Assembly: GCF_022045235.1 (NCBI RefSeq)
Contig: NW_027266341.1
Span: 22,320,001 to 22,384,000 of the forward strand
Direction: 5' to 3'
From: Haliotis cracherodii
Taxonomy: Eukaryota
DNA length: 64,000 nucleotides
Position 1 is the stretch's first letter; every line of letters begins with the position of its first letter. The notes under the pieces are model-generated. The model was not told where the DNA came from and did no database searches. It saw only the letters and a program-made list of their open reading frames with translations. The position numbers were made by a program, and so were the translations under genes. Shown one piece after another: positions 12,631-25,044 of the stretch.

Positions 12631-14247
12631 AAATGGCCTGATGACAATGTTTATAAGCTATAGTGACCACAATATTTTGTTACTTGATTATATACTTATA
12701 GTTTCAAAATATATGTATGTCTGCATTTCAAGGGATTTTTCAAGCATTGAATATTAGTATGATTCAGTTTACTTTCATATTTTCAGTACAACAAGATTAT
12801 GTCAATATCTGGTGCCAAGAAATTTCATCATACCTTCATGACATATATATTTTCTGAAACAGAAACACAAAAAAACATCTTCTTTGCAAGAGGGATGAAG
12901 TCATTCCCGGTGGGCATTCATTTTAATGACTTTTTCCTGCCAGAGTTCATTCAATGTGATAAATTCATCAAAAAAATACAATTTTGCACTTGAATTTAGG
13001 TCTTTCATAAGAACATTTGGACAATGAATTATTCCAGTCATGATTGATTCCTCATTACTATTGAAGGTGAATCAGGAGAACGATTTTTTTTGTATGACTA
13101 AGATTTCTACTTGTAGTCATTTATTGTCAAATATGTAAATTTGACGTCTAGCTGTCAATAGGTTTCAAATGCAACAATTGATCATCAAGAGTTAAAGTTC
13201 TTTATTACCAAATTTGATTTCAAACCGGCGCTAATTTTAACCACAGTATAAAAAAGAATGGATATGTAAATGAAAAAATTCTTCAAATGATAGAGCCAGC
13301 AACCTGTTATTATAACAAAAAACTGGTCAAATTATTGCTACTAATTACTGACATTGATTGATACGGACTTCATTAAGGTATTATTGATTTCATGATCATA
13401 TTCAGAGAAAAAATGCCTCTGAGCATAAACTGGTCTGTATTTCCCAAATTCTGATTTCATTATGGATAATCAATTCAGTGTGTATAACAGACAGCAGTAA
13501 TATTAACGTCACTATCAGACCTGACAAGTTGTCCGTTGCATATCAGGCGTCAATAATGCATCGTTATGTAATAGATCATCTATTTCGTATTAAAGCTACC
13601 AGCTGAACAAATTTGTTTGTATTTGCATATCAGTGATAGAAAAATTATGGTTTTAATTCGGAAAATAATTACACCTGGTCTTTTGTTCCCAATTGTTAAT
13701 TAAATGTTTAATCTAAATTAGTGTTTTTTTCACGTCTTATTTGTTTCAAAGGATTTGGTTTTCTGGAAACAGAAAAAGTATTTAGATAAGAAAGTTGAAT
13801 AAATGTATTTTTGTCTTGTCTTATATTTCTTGGAATGAGTCATTGCAAGAACAATTTTACTTTGAAAGTGATACTGATTGTACACAGATATTTTCAAAGA
13901 GTTATCTGTGGGAACTTTAAGAGCAGACATTATTCATACACTGAACACAATGTCACTTTAATATGAAGTGCAAAGTCTAATTCATTTTGAAACAGATGAG
14001 GTATTTGAAATGTTTGTTTGTTGTTCAATGCTGCACTTTGCATTATTCTGGTTATGACAACAGTCTACAAATAATTGCTATTGGGATACGATGACACACA
14101 ATCACCCAAATCGCAGAGCTTTTTATTTGTCTCTTGCCTATACTGACATTGAGCATAGGTTTGTTTCTTGTCTCTTATGGCATTAAGCATAGGTTTGTCA
14201 TTTGCATCTTATGACATTAGGCATAGTTTTGTCTGTTATGACATTAA

Positions 14248-14440
14248 GTAAGAGGTGACTAACGTGATCGTTTGTCAGACTCGCTGTCTTGGTTGATGCA
14301 TGTCATCGATCCCTATTACATGGTTCAATGCTCATGATATCAAACACTGGATTGTCTGGTCCAGACTTGATTATTTACAGACCACTGTTATATCGCTGGA
14401 ATAATGCTGAGTGTGGTGTTAAACAACAAATAAACAAAAA
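14248..14440 (+). mobile_element. SINE family C, 5'-truncated (copy 1 of local duplication)
   Basis: GTAAGAGGTGACTAAC..GGAATAATGCTGAGTGTGGTGTTAAACAACAAA. Confidence 0.88.
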
Positions 14441-14581
14441 TACTGACATTAAGCATAGGTTTGTCTCTTGTCTCTGATGACATTAAGCATAGGTTTGTCA
14501 TTTGCATCTTATGGCATTAAGCATAGGTTTGTCATTTGCATCTTATGACATTAGGCATAGTTTTGTCTGTTATGACATTAA

Positions 14582-14774
14582 GTAAGAGGTGACTAACATG
14601 ATCGTTTGTCAGACTCGCTGTCTTGGTTGATGCATGTCATCGATCCCTATTACATGGTTCAATGCTCATGATATCAAACACTGGATTGTCTGGTCCAGAC
14701 TTGATTTTTTACAGACCACCGTTATATCGCTGGAATAATGCTGAGTGTGGTGTTAAACAACAAATAAACAAAAA
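14582..14774 (+). mobile_element. SINE family C, 5'-truncated (copy 2, 334 bp downstream, near-identical)
   Basis: Same truncation point and shared private variants as 14248-14440. Confidence 0.88.
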
Positions 14775-15779
14775 TACTGACATTAAGCATAGGTTTGTCT
14801 CTTGTCTCTTGTGACATTAAGCATAGGTTTGTCTCTTGTCTTTTATGACATTAAGCATTGGTTTGTCTCTTGTCTCTTATGTCAATAAGCATAGGTTTGT
14901 ATCTTGTCTCTTATGACATTAAGCATAGGTTTGTCTCTTGTCTCTTATGACATTAAGCGTAGGTTTGTCTCTTGTCTCTTATGACATTAAGCATAGGTTT
15001 GTCTCTTGTCTCTTATGACAATAAGCATAGGTTTGTATCTTGTCTCTTATGACATTAAGCATAGGTTTGTATCTTGTCTCTTATGACATTAAGCATAGGT
15101 TTGTCTCTTGTCTCTTATGACATTAAGTATATATGTAGGTCCATCTTATCTGAATACCCACAGGCTTTTATTTGACATGAGTTTCTTCAGTCTTGGTTTC
15201 TGGAGGCACTGAATGTAAAAAGCTTCTTGTATTTACATTAGTAACAATAAAAAAAGTGGGTTAATATTTTTTGCACTTTAACAATTTCACTCTTTTTCGC
15301 TTTTTTTAACTAAGTCTGTCTACTTTTTCACACCTTACTGTGGGTAGCAGGTTTTTGAAAGAACTTTTGAAAGGAAAAGCAATTTTGGGTTTTTCAATAA
15401 TTCATGTCTTTCAAATGCACCGGATAGAGAGTGTATAGTTGTTTACCCCTTAAAGGGGGAAAGGTGAAAGAGAACTGCAGGTGCATGAACATATTCTAAT
15501 GGCAAGGGCTGTATATCTGCAGCAAGCCACAGCATGGAAACAGTATAGCAGTAGCCTTTAAGCAGTATAGCAGTAGCCTTTAAGCAGTATAGCAGTAGCC
15601 TATTAAGAATATATTGTGAATTGGTATTATTTCAGCCATATGGGATATTAGGATTATAGCAGTAGCCTTTAAGCAGTGATTATATCAGTAACATATTAGA
15701 TGTATATCTGTAGCCTTTTAAGAATATATTGTGAATTGGCATTATTTCAGCCATATGGGATATTAGGATTATATCAGTA

Positions 15780-15953
15780 GTGAGTGAGTGAGTGAGTGAG
15801 TATGGTTTTACGCCGCTTTTAGCAATATTCCAGCAATATCACGGCGGGGGACAGGAGAAATGGGCTTCACACATTGTACCCATGTCGGGAATCGAACCCG
15901 GGTCTTCTGCATGATGAGCGAACGCTTTAACCACTAGGCTACCCGACCGCCCT
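15780..15953 (-). mobile_element. SINE family A, full length
   Basis: Minus strand GGGCGGTCGGGTAGCCTAGTGGTTAAAGCG..GGTTCGATTCCCGAC..(TCAC)n; TSD GATTATATCAGTA at 15767-15779 and 15954-15966. Confidence 0.95.
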
Positions 15954-16179
15954 GATTATATCAGTAACATATTAGATGTATGTCAGTAGCATATTAAGCG
16001 TATATCAGTAGCATATCAAGAATATATCAGTAGCATATTAAGAATATATCAGTGGTATATCATGAGTATATCAGTAGTATATTAGGAGTATATCAGTAGC
16101 ACATTAGAATATATCAGTAGTATATTAGTAGTATATCAGTAGTATATTAGGAGTATATCAGTAGCATATTAGAATTTAT

Positions 16180-17173
16180 CATATGATGGGCATGTTTCTC
16201 GGCAGGATAAAGCCAACGGATAAAAACAATATCAATTGTGGTCGTATGCGGATAGAGATGCAAATATCAAAGGTCAAGTAGGACTACTTTCATTGTTTAT
16301 GAACAAACATGGCGTCACCCTCGTCATTCGGCGATCAAGTCAGAATTAACCATCGGGAATCTGGATAAACTGCAGGGATAATTGCTATCATTATCAAAAG
16401 AACAGTCTGATATACTGAAAATCAGTGTCTAACTGTGACGTAGCTAAGGCATTTTATAAGTTTTGGCAACTTTGGAGACATAAATTTCGAAACAATTTGG
16501 CGAGGGTACGAGGCCTAGCCAAGCGGGATCAGTAGCCATATCTGTGCTTCTAGACCTCTGCGGCTTGAAACCTTCTCCACAAATCAAAATAGTTGGATTT
16601 GGCCGAAATATGTTTGAATCGTTACCTTGTTTCGTTTTGTCTCTGTGTGTACATCTGACTACACTTCTTCACGTTATGACAGGGCAGACCGACTGTCAAC
16701 AACGTCTGGCTGTGGCCGTGACGTCTCATAGACTAGGGTTAGAGTAGCTTTCCTTTGACAAAGGGCAGTTACTCTAGCGGACAGATCCATGGATTGCTGC
16801 GAAAGGCAATTAAAAACAACTGTTGTTTTGCGTATATGCTGCTTCGCCACTGTATAAGAAACAGATTTCAGTTGGAACTATATTGGCTTCTGTCACTGAC
16901 CGACGTAATAAATATTAATGCGTGCATTCCAGGAAAACTCGCAATGTTTTGGTAATGTTTGTGAGAGAGGGAAAGCGATCTTAAAGCACAGAATTAAAGA
17001 ATGACATTATATGATATAGAGGTTATCACGCTTGTGTGTTTGGGGGTGGTAAATATCCTGTATTAGGAATAAACACTATGTATTTAGCTCGCCAAGGCTC
17101 GCTAATTACAATGTTTATTCCTAATGTAGGATATTTACCACCCCCAAACACACTCGCGTGATAACCTCTATAT
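16180..17173. mobile_element. ~1-kb CpG-richer insertion in the 22-bp satellite, ending in a 160-bp palindrome (unclassified non-autonomous element)
   Basis: Satellite resumes on both sides; 17014-17173 is a near-perfect inverted repeat ATATAGAGGTTATCACGC..GCGTGATAACCTCTATAT. Confidence 0.65.
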
Positions 17174-20100
17174 ATTAGTAGTATATTGGGAGTGTATCAG
17201 TAGTATATTAGGACTATATCAGTAGTATATCAGTAGCATATTAGAATATATCAGTAGTATATTAGGAGTGTATCAGTAGTATATTAGGAGTATATCAGTA
17301 GTGTATTAGGAGTAGTATATCAGTTGCATATTAGAATATATCAGTAGTATATTAGGAGTGTATCAGTAGTATATTAGGAGTATATCAGTAGCATATTAGA
17401 AAATATCAGTAGTATATTAGGAGTATATCAGTAGTATATTAGGAGTATATCAGTAGTATATTAGGAGTATATCAGTAGTATATTAGGAGTATATCAGTAG
17501 TATATTAGGAGTGTATCAGTAGTATATTAGGAGTGTATCAGTAGTATATTAGGAGTATATCAGTAGTATATTAGGAGTAGTATATCAGTAGCATATTAGA
17601 ATATATCAGTAGTATATTAGGAGTGTATCAGTAGTATATTAGGAGTGTATCAGTAGTATATTAGGAGTATATCAGTAGTATATTAGGAGTAATATATCAG
17701 TAGCATATTAGAATATATCAGTAGTATATTAGAATATATCAGTAGTATATTAGGAAGTATATTAGGAGTATATCAGTAGTATATTAGGAGTAGTATATCA
17801 GTTGCATATTAGAATATATCAGTAGTATATTAGGAGTGTATCAGTAGTATATTAGGAGTATATCAGTAGTATATTAGGAGTATATCAGTAGTATATTAGG
17901 AGTAGTATATCAGTTGCATATTAGAATATATCAGTAGTATATTAGGAGTGTATCAGTAGTATATTAGGAGTATATCAGTAGTGTATTAGGAGTAGTATAT
18001 CAGTTGCATATTAGAATATATCAGTAGTATATTAGGAGTGTATCAGTAGTATATTAGGAGTATATCAGTAGTATATTAGGATTAGTATATCAGTTGCATA
18101 TTAGAATATATCAGTAGTATATTAGGAGTATATCAGTAGTATATTAGGAGTGTATCAGTAGTATATTAGGAGTATATCAGTAGTATATTAGGAGTAGTAT
18201 ATCAGTAGCATATTAGAATATATCAGTAGTATATTAGGAGTGTATCAGTAGTATATTAGGAGCAGTATATCAGTTGCATATTAGAATATATCAGTAGTAT
18301 ATTAGGAGTATATCAGTAGTATATTAGGAGTAGTATATCAGTTGCATATTAGAATATATCAGTAGTATATTAGGAGTGTATCAGTAGTATATTAGGAGTA
18401 TATCAGTAGTATATTAGGAGTATATCAGTAGTATATTAGGAGTAGTATATCAGTTGCATATTAGAATATATCAGTAGTATATTAGGAGTATATCAGTAGC
18501 ATATTAGGAGTATATCAGTAGTATATTAGGAGTAGTATATCAGTTGCATATTAGAATATATCAGTAGTATATTAGGAGTGTATCAGTAGTATATTAGGAG
18601 TATATCAGTAGCATATTAGGAGTATATCAGTAGTATATTAGGAGTAGTATATCAGTTGCATATTAGAATATATCAGTAGTATATTAGGAGTATATCAGTA
18701 GTATATTAGGAGTGTATCAGTAGTATATTAGGAGTATATCAGTAGTATATTAGGAGTAGTATATCAGTTGCATATTAGAATATATCAGTAGTATATTAGG
18801 AGTATATCAGTAGTATATTAGGAGTAGTATATCAGTTGCATATAAGAATATATCAGTAGTATATTAGGAGTATATCAGTAGTATATTAGGAGTATATCAG
18901 TAGCATATTAGAAAATATCAGTAGTATATTAGGAGTATATCAGTAGCTTATTAAGAATATTCCAGTAACCTCTAAGAATATATCAGTAGCATATATGGAA
19001 TATATCAGTAGCATATGAAGAATATATCAGCAGTCTATTATAAATAGATCAATAGCCTATTATAATTTCATCAGTAGCATATTAAAATATATCAGTGGCT
19101 GATACATCACTAGCCTATTAAAAATTTATCAGTAGCCTATTAAGAATATATCAGTAGCCTATTACAAATATATCAGTGGCCTATGAAGAATATTCCTGTA
19201 ACCGATTTAGAACATATCAATAGTTGTTAAGAATTTATCAGTAGCCTATAAGGAATATATCAGTAGCATATGAAGAATATATCAGTAGCCTGTTAAATAT
19301 ATATCAGTTATCTATAAGCAGTATAGCAGTATTTTCTGTAGCCTACTGTGAATATCTCTAAAAGTAAAAAGTAAGATATGAAGTAAAAACCCTAGAACAT
19401 GACCAGGTCACCAACAAACCTAGAAACATAATACGACAATGCTGGCATACAAACCCATGATCACAGGTTCCTGAAATACCAAAGGGACACAACTCTACAC
19501 ATTGAGCTTTGAGGAAATGACACTGAAGGATCTGGTTGTGTTTTCAGGAATCTGCAAATACCTCAGTATTAAGTTGTTTCTATTTCTTAGACATGTCATT
19601 GTTACTTAAGATGCATGTGAAATTTAGAGGTTGCAAATGGGAGGTGAAAGGTATCAAACATAAAAAATCCTGTCATTCAAAACCCATTAATAACATTGCA
19701 AGGATTCAGTTTCCAAAGAAAGGTTTTCCAATTCCAACAGTATACAAATATACAGCTTCCCCTGTCTGAATGTAAAGTCCCCACTGCCCTAATTGCCAGT
19801 GACTCCAGCTTCAGTGCTATGGATCTAGCCCAGGTTGAAGCAAGTAATCAATGTGGATGGTGTGAGAACCATCTGAGCCCAGGTATATGACAGGTTTATA
19901 ATGTACATGAATGTTACCCCAGGTGTGCTAGCCAGGTTTCTGACAGATTTGTGTCAGAGATGAACAGAGTCAGGCTGCTTTCACTCACTTACAGAGGGGA
20001 GATCAATGTTGCTGGAACTTTAAAGGCAGTTGGTCAGTTAGTCCTGCACCATGACTGTGGAATTTATATTTTATAGGTATTTCTTTTTACTAAAACCCTA

Positions 20101-20430
20101 GGCAAGTCTAGTTTGCTTAATTCCACAATAGCTAGCAGAAGATGAAAGGTTCATTCGAAAAAAGTTAAAAATTTTAAAGACATGTTTTCTTTGACGAAGT
20201 GTAAGTCAGTTGGAGTGGGATTTTGAAGACCTTGATTTGTCCAAGACTCATTGTGTTACATTTGAATCTGAACATTGCCATTACTGACTCAGCATTCAAA
20301 TTGTGCCAGCTGTGTCTACCTGATCCACATTTTAGTCATCACTTGAGACTAGCAATAGATACTGAGGACCTTGTCTGACCCGTCTTGTATAAAGAATGAA
20401 TGTTTCCTGTTCTCATTGCTACCATATCTC

Positions 20431-21190
20431 CATGGGGTTTCCAGGCTAGAACAGGTCCCCAGCAACCTATGCTGGTCGTAACCCTGTGGGGTTTCCAGGC
20501 TAGAACAGGTCCCCAGCAACCTATGCTGGTCGTAACCCTGTGGGCTTCCAGGTTAGAACAGGTCCCCAGCAACCTATGCTGGTCGTAACCCTGATGGGAC
20601 TTCCAGGTTAGAACAGGTCCCCAGCAACCTATGCTGGTCGTAACCCTGATGGGACTTCCAGGTTAGAACAGGTCCCCAGCAACCTATGCTGGGCGTAACC
20701 CTGTGGGTTTCCAGGCTAGAACAGATCTCCAGCAACCTATGCTGGGCGTAACCCAGTGGGACTTCCAGGTTAGAACAGGTCCCCAGCAACCTATGCTGGT
20801 CGTAACCCAGTGGGACTTCCAGGTTAGAACAGGTCCCCAGCAACCTATGCTGGGCGTAACCCTGTGGGACTTCCAGGTTAGAACAGGTTCCCAGCAACCT
20901 ATGCTGGTCGTAACCCTGATGGGACTTCCAGGTTAGAACAGGTCCCCAGCAACCTATGCTGGTCGTAATCCTGTGAGAGTTCCAGGTTAGAACAGGTGGA
21001 GCTCTCGGTTAGGTGGAGCACTCGGTAAGAACAGGTCCCCAGCAACCTATGCAACTTATGGATTGGATAGTCAGGCTTGGTGACTTGCCTGATTGTGTGT
21101 CATCATACCCTGATGTGTGGATTGTTGCCCATAATATCAATCATTTGTTTGTCTTGTCCAGACATAATTGTTTACAGGCTGCAGCCATAT
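20431..21190 (+). repeat. 53-55-bp tandem array derived from the SINE C head, followed by the degenerate remainder of SINE C
   Basis: Unit CCAGGTTAGAACAGGTCCCCAGCAACCTATGCTGGTCGTAACCCTGTGGGACTT versus C head CCGGGGTAGAATAGGTCTTCAGCAACCCATGCTTGTCGTAA; ~11 units; C body resumes at ~21060. Confidence 0.88.
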
Positions 21191-21784
21191 ACCGTATACC
21201 GCCTTCTATAAAGCAACCCCACATATAAGGCAACCCCCCTGTAGGAGCCTACTCCTAATTTATATACCTCGTCTATAAAGCAAATCAGAATGAAGCACCT
21301 CACCAGCTCATACACAATCCCTACATTTGCAATAAAAACATCTTTGTTTTCCGCAGAAAAAAATTACATCATATCACTTCAGCGAATTCAGGGAAACTAA
21401 CATTTGATAACAATTAAACTTGGTGAATACAAATTTGAAATTTGAGATAAAATATCATAATTTACCGATTAAATTGTGTTTTCTGTTCTCCTTGGGATTG
21501 TTTTATATGCAGTGATAAGATTACTCTGTGTGTTGTCTCATAAACTAAGCAGGAAGTAGCAATCCGTAAAATCCATATAGAAATGTTATATGCAACATAT
21601 TCCAGCAATATCGCCATTGTAATCTAACCTGGATCTCTGGTAAGATCAAGAGGACAACCACGACACTACCAACTTCCCATATATTGTCTTAGAGAGGAAT
21701 TCATCAGGTAGGTCTCAATGATTTGCCCTCATTAATTACAATAGGCACAACCAGCGAAAGGAAGGATGCCTTGGCTGCTTCATA

Positions 21785-21965
21785 TAAAAAGATGTTAAAA
21801 GATGGCACTTGTGTTTACCCTGAATGATGTTCAGGATTTAAGGGCATGAAACAAGGACTGTCCAGTTTGGAGTCAGTAGGTATATAGTGTGTCTGAGTGG
21901 GGTGTTCATCTTAAACTGTGGCATGATATCTCAGTGGGCTAGCACTATGACACATCACGTAGCAT
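21785..21965 (+). mobile_element. SINE family D fragment
   Basis: AAAAGATGTTAAAAGATGGCACTT..AAACAAGGACTG..GGGCTAGCACTAT matches 23130-23285. Confidence 0.75.
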
Positions 21966-21984
21966 GTACATCACTATATGCGTG

Positions 21985-22387
21985 AGACTGGGGTAGAATA
22001 GGTCTGGAGCAGCCCATGCTTGCTGTAAGAGGCCACTTTGCTTGTCGTAAGAGGCGACCTGTATGCAACGTGTTCCACCAATGTCACGTTTCTGCCCTTA
22101 AGTATAATCTAACCTGGATCTCTGGTAAGACAGGAGGACATATTAACCACTATGGGGGTCAAGGTTGCTGAGCTGGATGATGCATGTCATATCCCAAATG
22201 TCTATTTTGATGCTCATGATGCTAATCACTGGATCGTCTAGTCTAGACTTGATTATATATATTTACAGACTGTCATCATATAGCTGGAATATTGCTGAGT
22301 GTGGTGTTAAACAACAAAGAAACCTCACCTCACCTCACCTCACCTCACCTCACCTCACCTCACCTCACCTCACCTCACCTCACCTCA
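21985..22387 (+). mobile_element. SINE family C with internal insertion (~22060-22150) and (CCTCA)n tail
   Basis: GGGGTAGAATAGGTC..GTCGTAAGAGGCGAC; 3' GGAATATTGCTGAGTGTGGTGTTAAACAAC; ~13 CCTCA units; inserted piece resembles 21590-21670. Confidence 0.8.
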
Positions 22388-22847
22388 GGCCCATCTTCAA
22401 GCACAAGCCAACTCACTATTTTTGTTTTTTGACAAAGTGACTGAAACATCATGTATGTTGTGATGGATAATATTAAGTCCATATATGATGCACGAAATTC
22501 CATTCACCAAGTGAATGCTCATGGTGCCATATCATTATTGCCCTGGTCGATGGATCAGTGTTCATTCAATTTTCATTCTTAGCTCCCTGGGGAGAATACA
22601 ACCCAAACTGCCTATTATAAACATGGCTAAGAAGAAATACCTGGGGAAACAAAATCGGTTCTTCATCTTGACGAGGAAATTCTTAAACTAATAGATTACC
22701 CAACCTCTACCCAATTTAAAACTGTACTAAATTCAGGATGTATGAAATAAAGAAATAATGGTCCTCAGCTATTTTCCAACTGTATAGTTATACATATAGT
22801 TATATAGTTAAAAACATATGGTTTTACATTTTCGGTAATATAATATA

Positions 22848-23068
22848 CAGTAAACTAAGCTTATAATGAACTCATTTTTGTTTGTTATAACCATAGTCAT
22901 TATAAGCATATATATCGCGGGGACCAAAAAACAGTTTGTTATATACGTCACTTCATTATAACCGAAGTTTGTTATAGGCACATATACAGCAAATGGCAGG
23001 GACCAAAAAACATTTTGTTACATACATCACTTCTTTATAACTGTGTTTATTATAAATGTTGTTTACTA
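22848..23068. mobile_element. MITE family G (Tigger/pogo-like CAGT termini), diverged
   Basis: TA|CAGTAAACTAAGCTTATAATGAAC..TTATAAATGTTGTTTACTA; homologous to 59069-59243. Confidence 0.75.
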
Positions 23069-23091
23069 TCGTACGTTTGTTATACTATTGG

Positions 23092-23397
23092 ACCACCTCA
23101 GTGAGAGCAGAAGGTCCGGGGTTCGATCCCCAAAAGACGTTAAAAGATGATACTTAATGTTACCCAGTCTGACGCTCGGCATTAAGGGGCTAAAACAAGG
23201 ACTGGTCGGCTCTGAGTCAGTATACTGTGTCTGAGTGGGGTATTCATGTTAAACTGTGGCATGATATCTCTGTGGGCTAGCACTATAAATCGGCATCAGT
23301 CCGGACTAGTACAAGCAGCCTCACACACACATGCATGCACGTCGCTATATAAGTGCAATAATCTTGGACGCGACATTAAAACCAATTTCACCTCCCC
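23092..23397 (+). mobile_element. SINE family D (tRNA head plus V-domain-like body), head partly deleted
   Basis: GGTTCGATCCCC B-box; AAAGACGTTAAAAGATGATACTT..CGCTCGGCATTAAG; 15-bp TSD TTGTTATACTATTGG at 23077-23091 and 23398-23412. Confidence 0.88.
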
Positions 23398-23625
23398 TTG
23401 TTATACTATTGGCGTCAATCACTTTGTATATCACCAATAAGATATCGATGTCATTTCAAACTCCCTTGTGATTAATTCTGCATCAATATGTTGCAAGATA
23501 TATCATGCCAGGTGAGAAGAAACTTAATCACATTCTTCTCATGGAGTTGAGATATTAAACTGAGTATCCTTTGAGTGGATAGTTCCTTACTATGTGGGGC
23601 ATATCACTTTGCACATGACAAAAAC

Positions 23626-24110
23626 TTATTTAGCCATCAGTATGTCCGTCCGTCCGTCTGTCCATCTGTAATCATTGTTTGTCCGGAGCATATTTCCTAA
23701 ACCGTACAACCTAGCTTCACAAAACTTGGTACACTTACCAATCAGGCTCAGTAGTAGTGCCTTTTGCTATTTAGAGATTTTTAGAAATTTATATTTTTGT
23801 CGTTTCCATGGAAATATGATGAACTTAGGAAATTTGAGGGTAGTGCTCTTCTCCTGAACCATACAACTTAGCTTCTCAAAAGTTTTTACACCTATCAAGC
23901 AGGTTATGTAGTGGTGCCTTTGCTATTAACCGATTTTTCTTTTTTTTTCTTTTTTCAATTTAATTTGAAAATTGATGAACTTAGGGTATTTTCCTCATCT
24001 GGAGCATATGTTCTAAACCATGCGACAGAGATTCACCAAACTTATGCACATATCAATCATGTTCACTAGTAGTGCAGTTTGTTATTTATAGATTTTAATC
24101 TTTTTAATTT
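23626..24110 (+). mobile_element. HINE/Helentron-like non-autonomous element
   Basis: TTATTTAGC start, (GTCC)n microsatellite at 23644-23665, then three diverged ~150-bp units (CCGGAGCATATTTCCTAAACC..AAACTT..GTAGTGCC). Confidence 0.6.
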
Positions 24111-24248
24111 GTAGCCCCTGACATATAATTCTAAGGTGTACTATTTACCGATATCATATACTATATATGATGTGAGCTACATAACCTAGTACATTCTCTT
24201 TATGCCTTTGTGTCATGAGGCTACTACAGAGGTATTCATATTCATCAG

Positions 24249-24529
24249 TGGGGCACAGGTGGCCCAGTTGTCTAAGGAGCCACGATTCGCTGTGCAGAGT
24301 TGCGTCCCTTGGGCACGCCAGAGACCTATGATTGTGGGTTCGAATCCCTGTTCGCCCTGATTATGTTTCTATGTTTGTCAGCACCATCCCTGTGCTCGTG
24401 GGTTTCACCGAAGTGGTAAACGTCTGTGACCTGCATCACTTCGGGCTTTCCTCCCACATTAAGCTGTCACGCCGCGATATAACTGGAATACTGTTAAAAG
24501 TGTTAAACCAAACTCACTCACTCACTCAC
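24249..24529 (+). mobile_element. SINE family B, full length
   Basis: GGGGCACAGGTGGCCCAGTTGTCTAAGG..GGTTCGAATCCC..(TCAC)n; TSD TCATATTCATCAG at 24236-24248 and 24530-24542. Confidence 0.94.
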
Positions 24530-25044
24530 TCATATTCATCAGAAAGTGAGCTACATGAACCAATATTTAATAACCTTCATTATATTTCTGGTTTTGGCAT
24601 CAAGGAAAAAGATTTCCTTGCCAATCTAAATACATTTGAAGGTACACACAGTTTACCGACATGCCACATCGGGGGATATGTCATCTTCGGATGACTCTTG
24701 TTAAAACATGCATGCGACATGTTTGCTACGTACTCAAGTACTTACTCTTTGCTCAATTAAGTAAGAGAATTTTATGGCTTTATTTTGCAGGGTATTCTTG
24801 TAGGATCTGGTTGATAAAAAGTGTTTCCGAAGCTGTTCTGCATCTGGTCCTGATGTTGAGTACTCTCATAATTACTTGCATGCTTTCAAGATACGTGCAT
24901 CTGTACTGTAAGGACAGTGACCATCTCAAGGTAATCCTCTCCTGTAGCTAGTTATAGAAGCCAACCATGTACCTTTTGTGTCCTTTATTTGTTATGTTTC
25001 TTTTATGTATTACATCTGGCCCAGTGGTATAGTTGACAGAGTTG

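Larger units (their letters stand above)
14130..15127. repeat. 34-bp minisatellite (GACATTAAGCATAGGTTTGTCTCTTGTCTCTTAT) interrupted by two SINE C copies
   Basis: 34-bp period (14915 to 14949). Confidence 0.92.
15540..19330. repeat. 22-bp minisatellite (ATATCAGTAGTATATTAGGAGT); homogeneous core ~17174-18950, degenerate flanks
   Basis: 22-bp period (TATCAG at 17404, 17426, 17448); interrupted by SINE A and a ~1-kb insertion. Confidence 0.95.

Noticed and set aside
20431-21052. CRISPR-like appearance of this and other short arrays
   Set aside because: Units are contiguous with no unique spacers, derive from a SINE head, and lie in eukaryotic DNA with no cas genes
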